From NCBI GenBank assembly GCA_028023455.1, contig JAQFVV010000006.1:15066001-15130000 (forward strand): a stretch of DNA of 64,000 nucleotides, given 5' to 3'. Numbering within the stretch: position 1 is the first letter of the stretch; each line of letters starts with the position of its first letter. Positions 26,850 through 40,760 of this stretch are shown in pieces. A program made the translations under genes and the position numbers. Below the pieces are notes generated by a model that had not been told where the DNA came from, searched no databases, and worked only from the letters and a program-made list of their open reading frames with translations. The stretch comes from Epiperipatus broadwayi (lineage: Eukaryota > Animalia > Onychophora).

Positions 26850-27130
26850 TCATCATCATTGTTTTTAACCATTACTGACTCATGCATTAATCAATAGCCT
26901 CATTTTCCCACAATGTACTATCAAACGTCCTTTTTTCATTTATCCGTCTCACATGTAGTCTCTTTCTACATCTTTGGCAATCTCTTCGAGTTACGTAAGA
27001 CTTCAATTGTCTGTTATCATTTAGCAATATATCTAGTTCAGCTCCATTTCTCTCAGTGATATCTGTGAAACCTGTTTGTTTTCTCATCCGAATATTTCAT
27101 TTTCAGTCTCCTCATATATATCTCTGTATT
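26850..27130 (-). mobile_element. RTE-type LINE 3' fragment (diverged)
   Basis: Homologous to the other RTE copies (RDCQRCRKRLHVRRINE). Confidence 0.7.
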
Positions 27131-27574
27131 TTGTTGAGTGGAACTTCAGAATTACTCTTTTATTAAGTGTCCAAGTTTTGATTCATAAATAAAAATGAAT
27201 AAAACACATCTGTTAAAAACCCTTTAATATTATTATTTCTAGCAAAAACACTCCATCCAAGTTTAAATCAATGATCAATTTTATTCATTATACATCCATT
27301 GATATATATCAATCAGAATAATATTCATCATTTAATTTTAGTTCACCATAGATGTCTAAATGAATGGATTTTAATTTATTGAAATTAGTTTACAGATCCT
27401 ATTTCTCCATTTCTAGTTTACAAATCCTATTTTTCCCTCTCTCCTAAATCCCTGTATTCTTAGCCTTTCCCTATTTACATCTATTCCATCACTTTCTAAA
27501 TGATCCTATTACCTAAAACAATGATGCAGTGGTGAAATGATTATTCCAATATAGATACATACATATAAAATAAA

Positions 27575-28285
27575 AAAAAACATATAACATTACAATACTT
27601 GCCCAAAAAACTAAACTTTACTAAAATTCATCCACAACCATGGTTTGATCTATTAACAAATAGAGCTTTTCAAGTGAAATTCACCTAAACATACCACCTA
27701 TATATTTCAAACAATATAGCCTTCCCATCATTCACTTCAAAAACAACTTCCTTCAACATCTCAAATAGACCTTTTCAAGTAAAATTAAACTAAACATACC
27801 ACCTATATATATCAAATAAAATAGCCTTCCCATAATTCATTTCAAAACCAACTTCCTTCAACATCTCAAATAGACCTTTTCAAGTGAAATTCAACTAAAC
27901 ATACCACCTATATATTTCAAACAAAATAGCCTTCCCATCATTCACTTCAAAACCAACATCCTTCAACATCTCAAATAGACCTTTTCAAGTGATATTCAAC
28001 TAAACATATCATCTACATATACCAAACAAAATAACCTTCCCATCATTCACTTCAAAACCCAACTTTCTTTAATATCAAAAACTGTCTTTATGTGATATTA
28101 AAGAAAGTTGGGTTTTGAAGTGAATAATGAGAAAGTTATTTTGTTTGGTATATTTAGGTGGTATGTTCAGTTAAATTTCACTTGAAAAGGTCTACTAGTT
28201 AATAGATGAAATCCTGGTTGTGGAAGAATTTTAATAAAGTTTAGTTGTTTTGGCTAGTATTGTAATGTTATATGAATTTTTGTTT
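27575..28285. repeat. Fold-back element F with an internal 105-bp tandem array (about 4 units)
   Basis: caagt(g/a)aaatt-like unit start at 27671, 27776, 27881 and 27986; 28090-28285 is the reverse complement of the left end plus one unit. Confidence 0.85.
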
Positions 28286-28749
28286 TATTTATTATTACTG
28301 GTATAGTATAACGCTGTATTTAATATATATTTATACATGAACACAGTCAACACTTAAACAACACCAGTATTTAGGGCCAATCAGAGGGGGGGGGCAGGAG
28401 GAGCAACTTCCCTGGGATTTGCAATATTAGGGGCTTCGACTTGGCAACTCAATATATTAAACAAAAATATAGGTGAAGGCAAAGTGATGTCATGGGTCAT
28501 AGAACACCCTTAATTTTACAGTTAAATTTCCCCAAAAAATATTAAAAAAAAAAAACTTTTCCAAGCAGACATACCACGAATCAAAAATATAAGCCAGTTT
28601 AGAGATGAGGTGCCAATTTGACAACCCTGCAATGAAAGTGACTGTAACATAGTCTCAGCCCTCTGTCAGTCAGTTCTGTGCTAACAGTATTTTATGATAC
28701 TAACAGTGCTAGAGTAAATCTAGCCTATTCAAGTGCTATCTGGATCTGA

Positions 28750-29215
28750 TCTGCTTGCTTGCTTCTGTGGTGTTATTCACTACTCTTCAGGTGTTTCTGC
28801 CCTGACCATTGACAGTACTAGTATGATAATTGGATCTTTGAATTTATGAATATTAAATTTGAAATGTTACTTTAATCAACCAATAGGGAAATCAAAAGAA
28901 TCCCCCATAGATAAGTGTATGAAATTTCTGTCATTAACTTATGCAGAATTGTCTGGTTAGTTACAGTAACAGATTAAATTCAATATTCATAAATCCAAAG
29001 GTACAGGTTTAATTCTTTTGCAATAATGTCACAGATCAGCCAGCAATAACAGAAGAAGAGAGAATAATACAACTTAGAACGTAGCATTATATAGTGCTCT
29101 GTGGGCTGTTACTAATAGTTGAATATATTTGAAAAGTTTAAATAAAGTATGAATTTTTCTAAATATCTTTATCGATTAATATTGGATAATGGAAATAGTC
29201 CATCATCTAATTTCT
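28750..29215. mobile_element. Family B, old inverted pair
   Basis: tcttcaggtgtttctgccctgacc (- copy) and cagaagaagagagaataatac (+ copy). Confidence 0.6.
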
Positions 29216-29599
29216 ACTAATATAGGGAAGTTGTTTGTGGGTATTTTCGCTCATTAGTTTGAAGTGCCGTCCTGCTATTCACGTGATTGTGATCATGTGA
29301 TGCCACTATTATTTTATAACTTTGCTGCTCAATGAAATTAAGATAATTAATATTAATAATAAATAAAGTAACACACAGTAGTTTTTCATAAATGAAGAAA
29401 GTAAAAATTAATAAGTTAGAAATTAATAACTGCAGAATGTTAATGGAAATGGAAACATAATGGATGAAATTAATCATAGAATTAAAACTTGAATTAAGTA
29501 AAAGTGTTTCAGTGCTTTCTTTGTTCTTACATATGGATCTCCAGATTTGGACCTCTTAATAGAAGAACAATATAAAATCTTCACATCACCCAAATAAGT

Positions 29600-29915
29600 A
29601 TGGAGAGATATATATCAGGCACAACAAGTAGAGATCAAAAGCAAAATACATAGATGAGAGAGCAGACAGGTATTGTTGACACCTTTAAAAGAATTAAAAC
29701 TGAAATATAGCTGGGCTGGACATGTTAGAAGAGATGGCAATAAGTGGACAATTGAAGTCCTAAACTATATTCCAAAAGATTGTAAAAGATCTAGAAAAAT
29801 ATCACATATGAGATGAATGAATAAAGAAGTTTGCTGTTATGATGTAGAAAAGAGAAACTAGGGATTAGAGAAACTGGATTAAATTTGGAGATATCTTCAT
29901 CCTACAGTTAAATAA
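29600..29915 (+). mobile_element. RTE-type LINE 3' fragment
   Basis: gctgggctggacatgtt...aaagattgtaaaagatctagaaaa matches the other copies. Confidence 0.75.
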
Positions 29916-32900
29916 AAAAAAAGGGCACATGGCTTTATTACTCAGGAGTTCATAAGAAATTCAAGTGCCAGACCCGTGAGCATCAGAACCAACCCTGGGA
30001 CTTCCCAATCCCAAGACAAACTTTCTACCTATCACACCAAACCATGTAGGGCACAGTGGAATTATAATGGTTGAGAATAGTGATGATAAATATCACAATA
30101 TATATAAATCACAAACAAAAACAAAGAAAATCGAGAAAGAAAATTTTTAAATTTATAAATGTGGAAAATGTCCGTGTTTCACAACCATGGCTTAAGTTTT
30201 TCAATAAATAAATAAATAAATAAATCAAATTAAAATAAATTAATGAAGAATAGAAGATAATAAAATTAAGAAAAAGATACATACTTTTTTAAGGAAAAAT
30301 TTATTAAAGAGGGAAAATGAAATTCGTATACGTTATAATACAAGGCGAAATATAATCAAGATGAAATAGATTCATCTCGCAGTGATATTTCACTAATTCC
30401 GAGTTCACGAAAAAAAAAAAAAACATATATAAATAAAAAGTTTTCCTTTTGCCAAAGTTTAAAAATCTGCATATGCTTAAAAAAAATGTGCCTCTATATA
30501 GCCCATCTTTTAAAGGTCACATTTCTTTCTTGATAATCTAACCTGAAAAATGGCTTGTTAAAATCACAATTTCATTTTCTTTTAAAATTTTAACTGACAT
30601 CTTTGGTCAACAAAAGCATGAGCTTAAGAAAGAATGGGTAAGGAGGCATTCAAATCATGGCTTCAGGTTTTATTAATATTTTTGCCCTAAATCACCCCCT
30701 CCCCACACCTGACAGACAGAAATAGAATCTATTCACTGTGGCACGATAGCTAAAAAGATTTTCTGCACCAAACCATCTGTATACAAAACAGATTTGGAAA
30801 TATACCTTTCGTGTGTCGTGTTAAGCTTCTGTTACCATGGTTACTAAATTGTAAGTAAACTATTTGCAGTCTTTGCACTGAATAAGCTAAAATTTGACCT
30901 ACTGATAAACCGTCTTGACCAGCTCACATTATATCAGCGTAAAATAGAAAAAGTTTTTATTCATGAGTTTTGTTTAATAAAACTCGTAGCATATATGTGT
31001 ATGTGCTTATATACTGTATACATGTATATTTAAATGCATTTTAACGATAATAAATCATATAATTTTATATGTAACTTTACACCCAAGGTGCTTAATATTT
31101 ATTATTGAAGAGTATTTTCTATTTTGATATATAAAATCACAAAATAGTATTAAAAGTAAATCGTTATAGCAATTGGTGTATTCACCTGTTATACCTACTA
31201 TTTGAGATTTGAATCCAGGTTGGATGATCAATGACATTTTTTCAAGTTAGCTATGAGCTTTTGTTTTTCTTTTAAGTAGACAGCTCTCAGTTAACCTAGC
31301 TGGCATATCTAATAATGGTCAATAAATGAATATCAATGCTCGACTGTTAATATAACATAAAAAAACAAAATATGATATGATACTAATAATGGCTAATATT
31401 TCTGTATTGTTCCAAATTTGTGTCATTATGATAATTTACCCAAAAAAACTGTTGACAAAAAGAAACACGCTAAATTGAATCAAAATACGATTTCGTTGCT
31501 TCCCATGTTACAATGTAAGTTTTTTAAAAAATTGAAATAAAGCTTCTAAATAAAATTTATCAGAATTTATTCCTTTTTTTAAATTTAACAATCGATTTAT
31601 TGATTTTGTTATAATTTAACAATTAACATATCTTCAGTAGATTGTAGGCCCTTGAAACTGTGTATTTATCAAAATAATGGGCGGCCATCTTGATTTATTC
31701 AAAAATTCACAAATGCCAAAAATTGTCTAGAAGCTGAGAAATAAATAACATTTTGGAAAAAAAATCACTAATGATCTTAGGGAATATAACAAATATGGTT
31801 TAGTCTGATATGTAAATCTTGCCTTTTGATAAATAATTGATGTTAGTAATAATATAGTTATGAATTCGTTTAGATATGAATGTGTTTATGAATTTAAGTC
31901 TATAAACAGCTACATATTGATTTGAAGTAGCAAGGACAGAAGTAAAATACTTCTATATGTATTGAGATAGATTATCAATCTCAGTTTATATATAAAAAAA
32001 TAAAAATAATTGGTAATTATGAGTCGGATTCTGATTTCACAAATTAGCTTTTTTACATTAAATTTAAGGTTTCTATTAAAGGCACTCACACATTGATAAA
32101 GGAATATGTGCTTAAAGTAAAATAGAATTAATTTTAAATTTAGTATTATAAAAAATAACAAAGACTAATTCAGTTTAACTAAGTAAATTTATTTTAAAAA
32201 GTTGTGTTAGAAAAACAAAGTTTAGTTAAATATATCTAAAGAATCAGATTAATAAAAGAAAAAAAAATTGATAAAATAGTTTACCTCAATATTACAGGAA
32301 ATTCTTTAAAAACTAATTTCTTTTATTAAGCATTGTTTCATGTTTTACAAATATTTAACATTTTAATACAAAAAATATTTTTTAGGGATTAAGATAACTA
32401 GTTGTTATCTGTAAGTATGTTGTTTATTTATCTAAGGAATTTTGTAAATGTGGATAATTAAAAATAATTTCTTATTTAATTATGTTTAAAAAAATTGTTA
32501 TTCAAAAAGAGAAAAAGGTGTACAAATAGTCAGACTCAAAAAATAATTATCTTTGATCTTTGGTGTTTTGTTGCTACCATGGTTTTCAAAGAACCTCTAC
32601 CAGCAGTTGAACTAATTAGCATGTGCTGCTAACTGCCACTATAAAACTTCATTCCAGAGCATGAATCTCCTAACCAAAGATATCTAATTTAAATTGTTGA
32701 ATTAAATCCAATGTTGTGCCAACCATCTTAACATATATTACATTGCTGGAGAAACAGAAGCATTTCTCAACACTGAAAATTTTAGTAGAAACTCCATCTT
32801 GAAGCATGAAAACTGGATTGTGAGTAAAATTTGAAAAACAGCAACAGAAAATATTTCACTAGTGAATTATCAAAGAGGTATCTTTTCACCATGTCTGTAG

Positions 32901-34149
32901 GTACATTCATAAATGTGATCTGATGCTTTTGCTGATAGAATCTCTTCTCAGCAATATCTTGGACTTAAAGTAGCTCAGTTTATTCATTTTATAAACAGAA
33001 ATGATTAGATAAACTTTAAAAAACTCTAGTCATCACAATCCAGTAATACTTATATACGACTGTCAATTTATAATTTAACTTATGTGATTTTGTGGATTTA
33101 TTTTATGTATCTTTCAATGTTAACTTACTTTTAATCCTTATATTGTGGTCTGCTTCTGATTAATTAAAGATATAGATGCTACTTAAAAATTTATCTTTGA
33201 CAAAATTTCTTAAAATTTAGTTGTATGTAAAAAAAAAAGGGGGGGGGGGATTCTTGTGTGATGAATCTTTCCCTTAAAGAGTTTTAAAATAAAAAAGATT
33301 TAATTTCGTTTCTTAAAAGAAGCAGGGATTTAGTTAATAAAACATATCTCTGAAGCTATTTAAATTATTTAAATAATGCATTGATAGCTGAATGAATTAA
33401 GTTATGTGTGGGCCAAAGCTAACGTGTGCATTTACGTATATGTGTTGTTTGATAGGTTTATTTTATTTCTTAGAACTTTTAAACAGGTTGCATTTTGTAT
33501 TTTTTTTTGTTTGTTTCATGTATGCACCTGAAATTAGAGATTATGATATATATATATGTGCATTTGGATTATGATCCTGTAAGTATTGTATCCACTACTC
33601 TTGAATTCTGTATACGTTATTTACCTCCCCATGATATATAATTTTCTCCTTGAATTTGATTTTGTCTGTAATTCCTCATGGATGAGTATGATTTATTTTG
33701 AATTTAGGGAGACATGTTTTCCCATGAATTTGATTTTAATTTGTACTCCAGGTTATTAAAAGGTTTATTAGGTGATTTGACTTTTAATGTGGTACATATT
33801 ATATAAAAATGACTTTGTAATTGTCATTGTTTAAATCTAATTTACATTGTTTTGATGTGATCACTTCCTTTAAGTTAATAGAGAAATAAATGCACAAATC
33901 TTATGTTGGTTTAATGGTTCCTATCATTATTGGGGTGACAAATAGTCTTCAGAGGCGACACTGAATTATTAATGTAAAATATTGTTAGTGTTGATATTCA
34001 AAGGCTACTTGATGCCAAATGAACTAAGTCAACTTAAATGAGCAATTTAACTGTATTACACTGAACTGTTAATAAAATTTGTTTCGTTTGTTATTAGATC
34101 AACCGTAGCATTTGTTATATTTTGGACAGATTCAGGGAGCAATCACATT

Positions 34150-34640
34150 GCCAATTCATCCATTTCTCCATTGTTTTGTTTATTGACCAGGTCTTCAATT
34201 CTTCTCCATACTTCTTATTTCCATTCTTCATCTTTCATTAAACTATAATTTCTTCTTATTCATCCATTTCTCCATTGTTTTGTTTATTGACCAGGTCTTC
34301 AATTCTTCTCCATACTTCTTATTTCCATTCTTCATCTTTCATTAAACTATAATTTCTTCTTATTATATGTCTAATCCAATTTTCTTTCTATATTTAATTT
34401 AATCAATCTTCTTTTTTCATTTACTCTTTTTAGAATTTAGGCTTTCTATCTGTTCCTAATTCTTTTACTTATTGTCCATGTTTTACAAACATGCAATAAT
34501 ACACTCCATACATAGCACTTAATTAATCTTTTTCTTAATTCTTCATTGAGATGTCCACAAAATATTTTCTTAATAAATGTCTCTTTTGCCAATACTATTC
34601 TTCTTCTAAATCTATCTTTATTTCTTCCATCTTCATTTTA
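34150..34640 (-). mobile_element. Degenerate LINE ORF2 3' region containing a 104-bp tandem duplication (34157-34364)
   Basis: catccatttctccattg starts at 34157 and 34261; purine-rich - strand with LINE-like remnants. Confidence 0.55.
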
Positions 34641-34854
34641 CTAATTACCAAAATATATGCTGCATATATGGTCAAATGGCAGTATATTTAGTTAAGAATA
34701 GAATTTTATAAAAAAAATTTATTGCAGATAAAAAAAATAAAATAAAATATAATGTTATCTTCACTTAAATTTGTGACTAATTTACTAAATAAATCAACTA
34801 TTCTTTAAAAAAATGCTATATTAGAAACATTGCAAAACATGTTTTATGTAATAA

Positions 34855-35720
34855 AAAATAGACATATATCACATGACCCCATTTCTTTTTTAACATTGTA
34901 AAATATAAACAAAGAGCTTTGCTAATTGATCAACATGCTTAGCAAGAGAAAGCATTTAAAATATTTATTTCTATAAGAACCACACCCCAAAACCCTGACC
35001 AATGGTTTTATGCTTTGGCACTCCTCAGTGAGGCGCTAGGGTAGTTTCAGACACTAGATCTAAAAGTACCAACCCAAAGCCAGCATTTATCTAAGAGTTA
35101 ACTATTGAGTAGAAAATCTGAAATTTTCAGACAATTAAATGTCTTCAAACCCAGCTATCTAACTCAAATAGCTATATGGGGCTGAGAGATCTTCAACCAT
35201 ACCATATATTAGTAGGTTTAGCAATATAACATCACTTAAGACATAAAGCAAAGACTATAAATAGTCAATAAAAAATAAAAAATAGAGTCATATATCACAT
35301 GACCCCATTTCTTTTTTAAGCTTGTAAAATATAAACTAAGAGATTTGCTAATTGCTCAACAAGCTTTGTGATAAATACTTAGCAAGAGAAAACACTTAAA
35401 ATATCTCTATCACAAATCACACTCAAACCCCTGACCAATGGTTTTGTGCTTTGGCACTCCTCAGAGAGACACTATGGTAGTTTCAGACACTAGATCTATA
35501 AATACCAACCCCAAAACAGCATTTATCTAAAAGTTAACCATTGAGGTATTTTTAGATCTAGTGTCTGAAACTATCCTAGTACCTCTCTGAGAAGTGCCAA
35601 AGCATAAAACCATTGGTCAGGAGTTTGGGTGTGATTTCTGATAGAGATATTTTAAATGCTTTCTCTTGCTAAGCATTTATCACAAAGCTTGTTGAGCAAT
35701 TAGCAAAGCTCTTTGTTTAT
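34855..35720. mobile_element. Repeat family C: two tandem copies and one inverted copy, each with a hammerhead motif
   Basis: 34860-35110 resembles 35285-35545; 35545-35720 is inverted. Motifs at 34992-35033 (-), 35428-35469 (-) and 35582-35623 (+). Confidence 0.85.
35428..35469 (-). ncRNA. Type-I hammerhead ribozyme motif, family C (G12 mutated)
   Basis: TCTCT CTGAGGA GTGC-CAAA-GCAC aAAACC-ATT-GGTC AGGGG: canonical G10.1-C11.1, stem III ACC/GGT, GUC site. CG has become CA or TA in all three copies. Confidence 0.7.
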
Positions 35721-36674
35721 CTTTTACATAAGTGTTAAGACCAAACTAGCTTAGGTACAATTATTTTATAATTTCTGGCAAGAGGTTCCTGATTGAACAA
35801 ACATTAAAGTTTTAAAGCATTATTATTAATTAGGAGATCAAAGAAACACCATTTAGATGGCTAAGTTTTAATTAAGGGATTTTATTTTGACCACAATCAA
35901 TTATTTAGGAATACGAAATAAACTATATTTAAACTCTATACAATAGTTCACCAGAGAATTTACAAATGTTCACTATATCCAGTTGGGTCAAATATATTCT
36001 TAAGTACACAAACTTAGTTTATACATAAATCTTATCAATTATAATACATTTTATCATTACGAAATAAAACCTAAAGATTTACCAAAACAATAACAAAATT
36101 TAATTGATCTGCAAAGTTTTCCCTTTAGCTATTTTCTTAACCTGATTTATAGATACAGCCATTTTGAGATTTCCTCATGCAGAAGGCATAGTTTTTTCCT
36201 CTTCTTTTTACTATCCTTGGATTTATATACTCTTAACCTTTCTGAAATGATCTGATCCAAGTTTTTTGTACAACCAGGAAATCATTTCTGAGAAATTGGT
36301 ACCTGATCATATATAGTTCAATTCTAAGCTTGCATTGTAGTAATTTTTATTTCTAATTAATTATTATAATTATAGATGTATTAATTATAAAATTTATTTT
36401 CAATTTATTACTTATTTGCTTATTTACAGTTTATATACTCATTTTATATATACGCATACACCTGCTATTTCTGTGTATCTTTTGGATATATAGACTCACA
36501 TTTCACCTGTGTGTCCCTTTACATGTATTAGAGATACCCGTATTTTACATTCCTATTTAGAGACAAATAAGTAAATTTATGTTGTAATTTAATTAGCTAG
36601 GTGATATGCTTTGTCTAACATTTAACATTTACATATTTATTTATATTCTTATTTAAAGAATATATATAGTCTTA

Positions 36675-36835
36675 TTAAAAGACCCAGAAAGAGACCACAT
36701 ATGAGGTGGATGACTGAAATAAGAAAAATGTAAAGGGGTGATGCGGAGAAGAGAGGATAGAGATTGGAGAATATGGATTGAAATTTGGAGAGCCCATTAT
36801 CCTGGATTGATAATAGTTGAAAATGATGATGGTAT
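36675..36835 (+). mobile_element. RTE-type LINE 3' fragment (short)
   Basis: aaagacccagaaagagaccacatatgaggtggatg...gatgatg tail. Confidence 0.75.
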
Positions 36836-38469
36836 ATTTTTATTTACATTGACACTATTTCTTTAATGTTTTTTAATATATTAAAAACAATATAAAACGG
36901 TTGCAGATTTTCTATTTACTGATTTTGGTTTGTACTGTGATAGAGGAGTGAACTCTGAAACCAAAACTCCTCCAATCGGCATTTCCGGCGCTCAAACATT
37001 TATGAATTCCCGAGCAGTCAAATCATTCGATTATTACTATTTTTTTTAATTAAAGACGGGAAGTCTGATTAGTATATAAATAACTATAATTAACACAAAA
37101 TATTTATTTTTCTCTTTTTGATTTGGAAACGGTAACTGTGATTATGTAACAAATACCTGACTGCAACAAATTATATATCTTTTGCATCCACAAGATTTTA
37201 AAAGAGTCCGCAAGGTGGCGTTAATGATATTAGTTGACCGTTATCGGCATAAATTTTTTTTTTTTTTTAAAATCATTAGTTTTTTTTTTTTTTTAAATAC
37301 AAATTTATTCGGAAAGGTGAACTGGATTTACAATGAAAACCAATACATAGTTGCATGTCACCAATCGGAGAGCACAATGTGTATCTTGAACTGCACGGTC
37401 ATGCTGTAGATTACTTAATCCCGTTAAGGTTCTTTAATGGGAGTCCAACCGTAGATTCGAATCAAATTGTCCCTGCATAACACTACCAGTCTCTTGTTTT
37501 AGTGCAATCTTTAGAAAAACTAAACCAACTGTCATGAGTTGATGAATTTATTCGAATATTATAAATGGTTAATGACTTGGTTTAAGGATTGCGTTAAGTC
37601 TTCTACACTAGTTAATTGTAAAGTGGCTTTTTTATATATAAGTGGCCGTTAATGTGGAAATGGAAATTTTATGAATGAATTTGTACAAAAATATGAAACT
37701 TGAGGAATTCTATTAGAAAAATTAAAAAATATTGTAAACATAATTGGCTTACCCTCTAGTGTACATGTCTATTTAATATAGTAGCTAGTTAGTTGACACT
37801 CGAATGATTATTTGTGCGATAAATGGAAATGAATAAAAGTATTTCTGAATCTTTAAAGTATTAAAATGAAATTATTAACCCAAAATAAAAATCTTTACAT
37901 CTTTTTTATAAGAAATGCTAAACTATCTTTTCAAGCCACAGAACCCCATAAACATATTTCATTCAGTAATTTAGAAAATGTATATTCTTATTTTACTAAA
38001 TTGCTATGCAACTTGTCTGGAGAAAATTATAAGCTTATATGAATGAATTCAGATGAGTTGGATAAATCAAGCCCTTATCAGACAGAAGCTTCCACAAAGT
38101 GTCTCACCTCCAACTACCTCCTATTAAATTTATCACTTTGAGCAATAGTAGTTGGTTTGGGTATCTAAAAAAATCACATAGCATTAGACATTAATACTTT
38201 TTATACAGATATTATGTAGGTGATATATCTTTTCAAGCAATTAAATGTGTGTATACATACTTATACTAATTGAAATGAATATCGAGTAATATTAATTATA
38301 AAAACAATAATATAGTACCTACAACATATGTCTATAGACCATTTTGATAAATTAGACATATTTTAAATTGCACAATCAATATAATTAATAATATTTCTTA
38401 AACAACAGTTCTTTGAAATAATAGTATTTTTTAAACAAAAGTAAATCAAAAAATAAGAGTACCAAATTT

Positions 38470-39080
38470 TCCATACTTTACAGTAGTGCCACCAAGTGCA
38501 AGCCTTTGTAATGAAGGGATGCAGGAAGGTTTAGGGGATAAAATCCCTATCTAAGTGAATCAATATGCTTTCACAATATTTCATAAAATACTGTATTTAG
38601 ATTTGAATATCAAGTTATTGTTCCCCTAAGGTCAATAAAATGAGTTTAGCAAAAATGTTTACCACACAATAATGCCATTTAGTGCAAACTCTAGGAATCA
38701 ATACATGTTTGAAGATTGTGTATCAAAACCCCTATCCAGTGCTTTTTTTATCCAATGTCTCCAAACTAGTTTCTAACTTATGGTGATCTGGGAGCAGTGC
38801 CCACCCCTCCATCACCCACTTTATGCTTAACTATAAGGCTATTAACCCAACTAATGACACTTTCAATCCAGATGATTTGCCAGTATGGTTGTACAGATCT
38901 GAAAACAATCTGGGGATATTGAATGGAAGGCATTGGATTGTGGTTGTGATTCACAACCTTCTAGCATCTTTTGATTACTAGAGCATTAGGTGGCACTATT
39001 GGTTGAGAAAACATTTTGCTGCTAGTGTTTTAACAACTTATGCAAACATAAAAGAAAAAAGATAATCATGTGATGAATTT
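38470..39080. mobile_element. Old family A-like inverted fragments
   Basis: cagtagtgccacc, ccaaactagtttct and ggtggcactatt segments in both orientations. Confidence 0.6.
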
Positions 39081-39179
39081 AGAATTAATTCCTCTTGATA
39101 GCGACTTTCTTAAAAATACAGAAAAATTTGCCAGATATTAATAATAATAACTGAATGACTTTATTGCTCGGGAATTAGT

Positions 39180-39510
39180 AAAGGTGCAGTGCTCTCAGAT
39201 CCAAAGCTCCTCACTGATGAAGGCCACAAGCCAAAAACTAGTCTGGGGATATTGGATGAGTAGGCACTAGATGGGGATTTTATGCACAAGCCTTCTGGCA
39301 TCCATTGATTACTCTAGCTTGCTGTGTGGTGCAGTGCTGTCAGATCCAAGGCTCATCACTGATGAAGGCCACAAGCCAGAAACTAGTCTGGGGATGTTGG
39401 ATGAGTAGACATTAGATAGGGATTTTATGCATGAGCCTTCTGGTATCCATTGATTACTCTGGTTGTCACAGGATGGCATTACTGTATGGAGAGTTTTGTT
39501 TTGAATTGTA
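39180..39510 (+). mobile_element. Family A head-to-tail dimer, 145-bp unit
   Basis: Hammerheads at 39208-39249 (G12>A) and 39353-39394 (core intact); predicted cleavage sites C39243 and C39388. Confidence 0.9.
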
Positions 39511-39944
39511 AGGGGTTCGAGTTCTTGAAGTGTACAATGCATGGAACTTTCACTTCACTTCTTCCATTGCTAGGCAAAGCAAAAGAAGTCTACAGCACTT
39601 GGGATTCCTAGATGATCATCTATTTAAATTCTAACTCTAACTTAATATGATTAGATGATATATTCAATGTAACCACTGAATAATCTTTTATGATTTTTTT
39701 TTCTCTATTACCACTAATGTGTGGTAAATAAATCTAAAAATATTGATTAATGGGTACACAATTGTGATCACCTGTTGCTTCATCTTTTCATCAAATTTGT
39801 ATTATGTAATCATACTTGATGCTTGTAATCCATTGTGCTTGTCCAGTGTTAGTTGTGATCATATTGCTCAAATTGTGACAATGGATGGAAATTGATTTAT
39901 ATGCAACAAATTTAATAAGAGCAAATCATATTAACACAATAGCA

Positions 39945-40260
39945 AACACCATGCAGTAGTGCCACTTAGTGAAAGCCGGAGTAATCAATGGATGCAAGAA
40001 GATTTATGCATAAAATCCCTATCTAGTGCCTACTCATCCAATATCTCCAGACTAGTTTCTAGCTGGTGGATTTCATCAGTGAGAAGCCTTAGATTTGAGA
40101 GCACTGCACTAGATAAGGATTTTATGCACAAACCTTCTGCATCCATTGATTACTTTGGTTTGCACTGAGTGGTACTACTGTATGCAGAGTTTTTTCTGTT
40201 TTAATAACAGTTATGAGCAAGCATAAGAAATAGTGATCATGTGATGTTTAATGGTTTAAC
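39945..40260. mobile_element. Family A fold-back pair
   Basis: - strand motif 40044-40085 with decayed stems; inverted 3' arm 40105-40260. Confidence 0.8.
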
Positions 40261-40499
40261 ATCAAATGTTTTATTTATAATTACTCTGTGCAGTGTAAGT
40301 ATAGTTATGACACATTTTAGAACTGAAAATTTCTGGTTCATTGCTTTTTTTATCACTGATGTTCAAACCTAAAAAACCTGAACAATATCCATCTACTTTG
40401 GTTTTTGTTATAGTCCACTCAAACACATCACATCAACAACATAGGTATTTATATGATTTTGCTTTTTTAACTACTTAATTGACTTGCAACTCAACTCTC

Positions 40500-40760
40500 T
40501 AGTCATCATCATCATCATTAATCATTATCAATCCACTGCAGGATGAAGGTCTCTCCAAGTTCAATCCATCTCCGATCTTTAGCTTCTCTTCTCCACATCA
40601 CCTCTGCATACTTTGTTATTTCATCTATCCATCTCACATTTGGTCTCTTTCTGGGTCTTTAAAATCTCTTGGAATCCAGTTTAAGATTTTAATTGTCCAT
40701 CTATTAGCATCTCTTCTAGCAATATGCCCAGCCCAACTCCAGTCTCTTAATTTCTCTAGT
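40500..40760 (-). mobile_element. RTE-type LINE 3' fragment
   Basis: Close homologue of 1322-1597; (GAT)n tail at 40502-40518. Confidence 0.85.

Noticed and set aside
27660-28080. CRISPR-like arrays (also 43188-43500 and 49630-50000)
   Set aside because: Eukaryotic context; the units are contiguous tandem repeats without unique spacers and there are no cas genes.
32700-32850. hAT transposase remnant (KHFSTLK)
   Set aside because: The match is too short and the surrounding motifs are absent.
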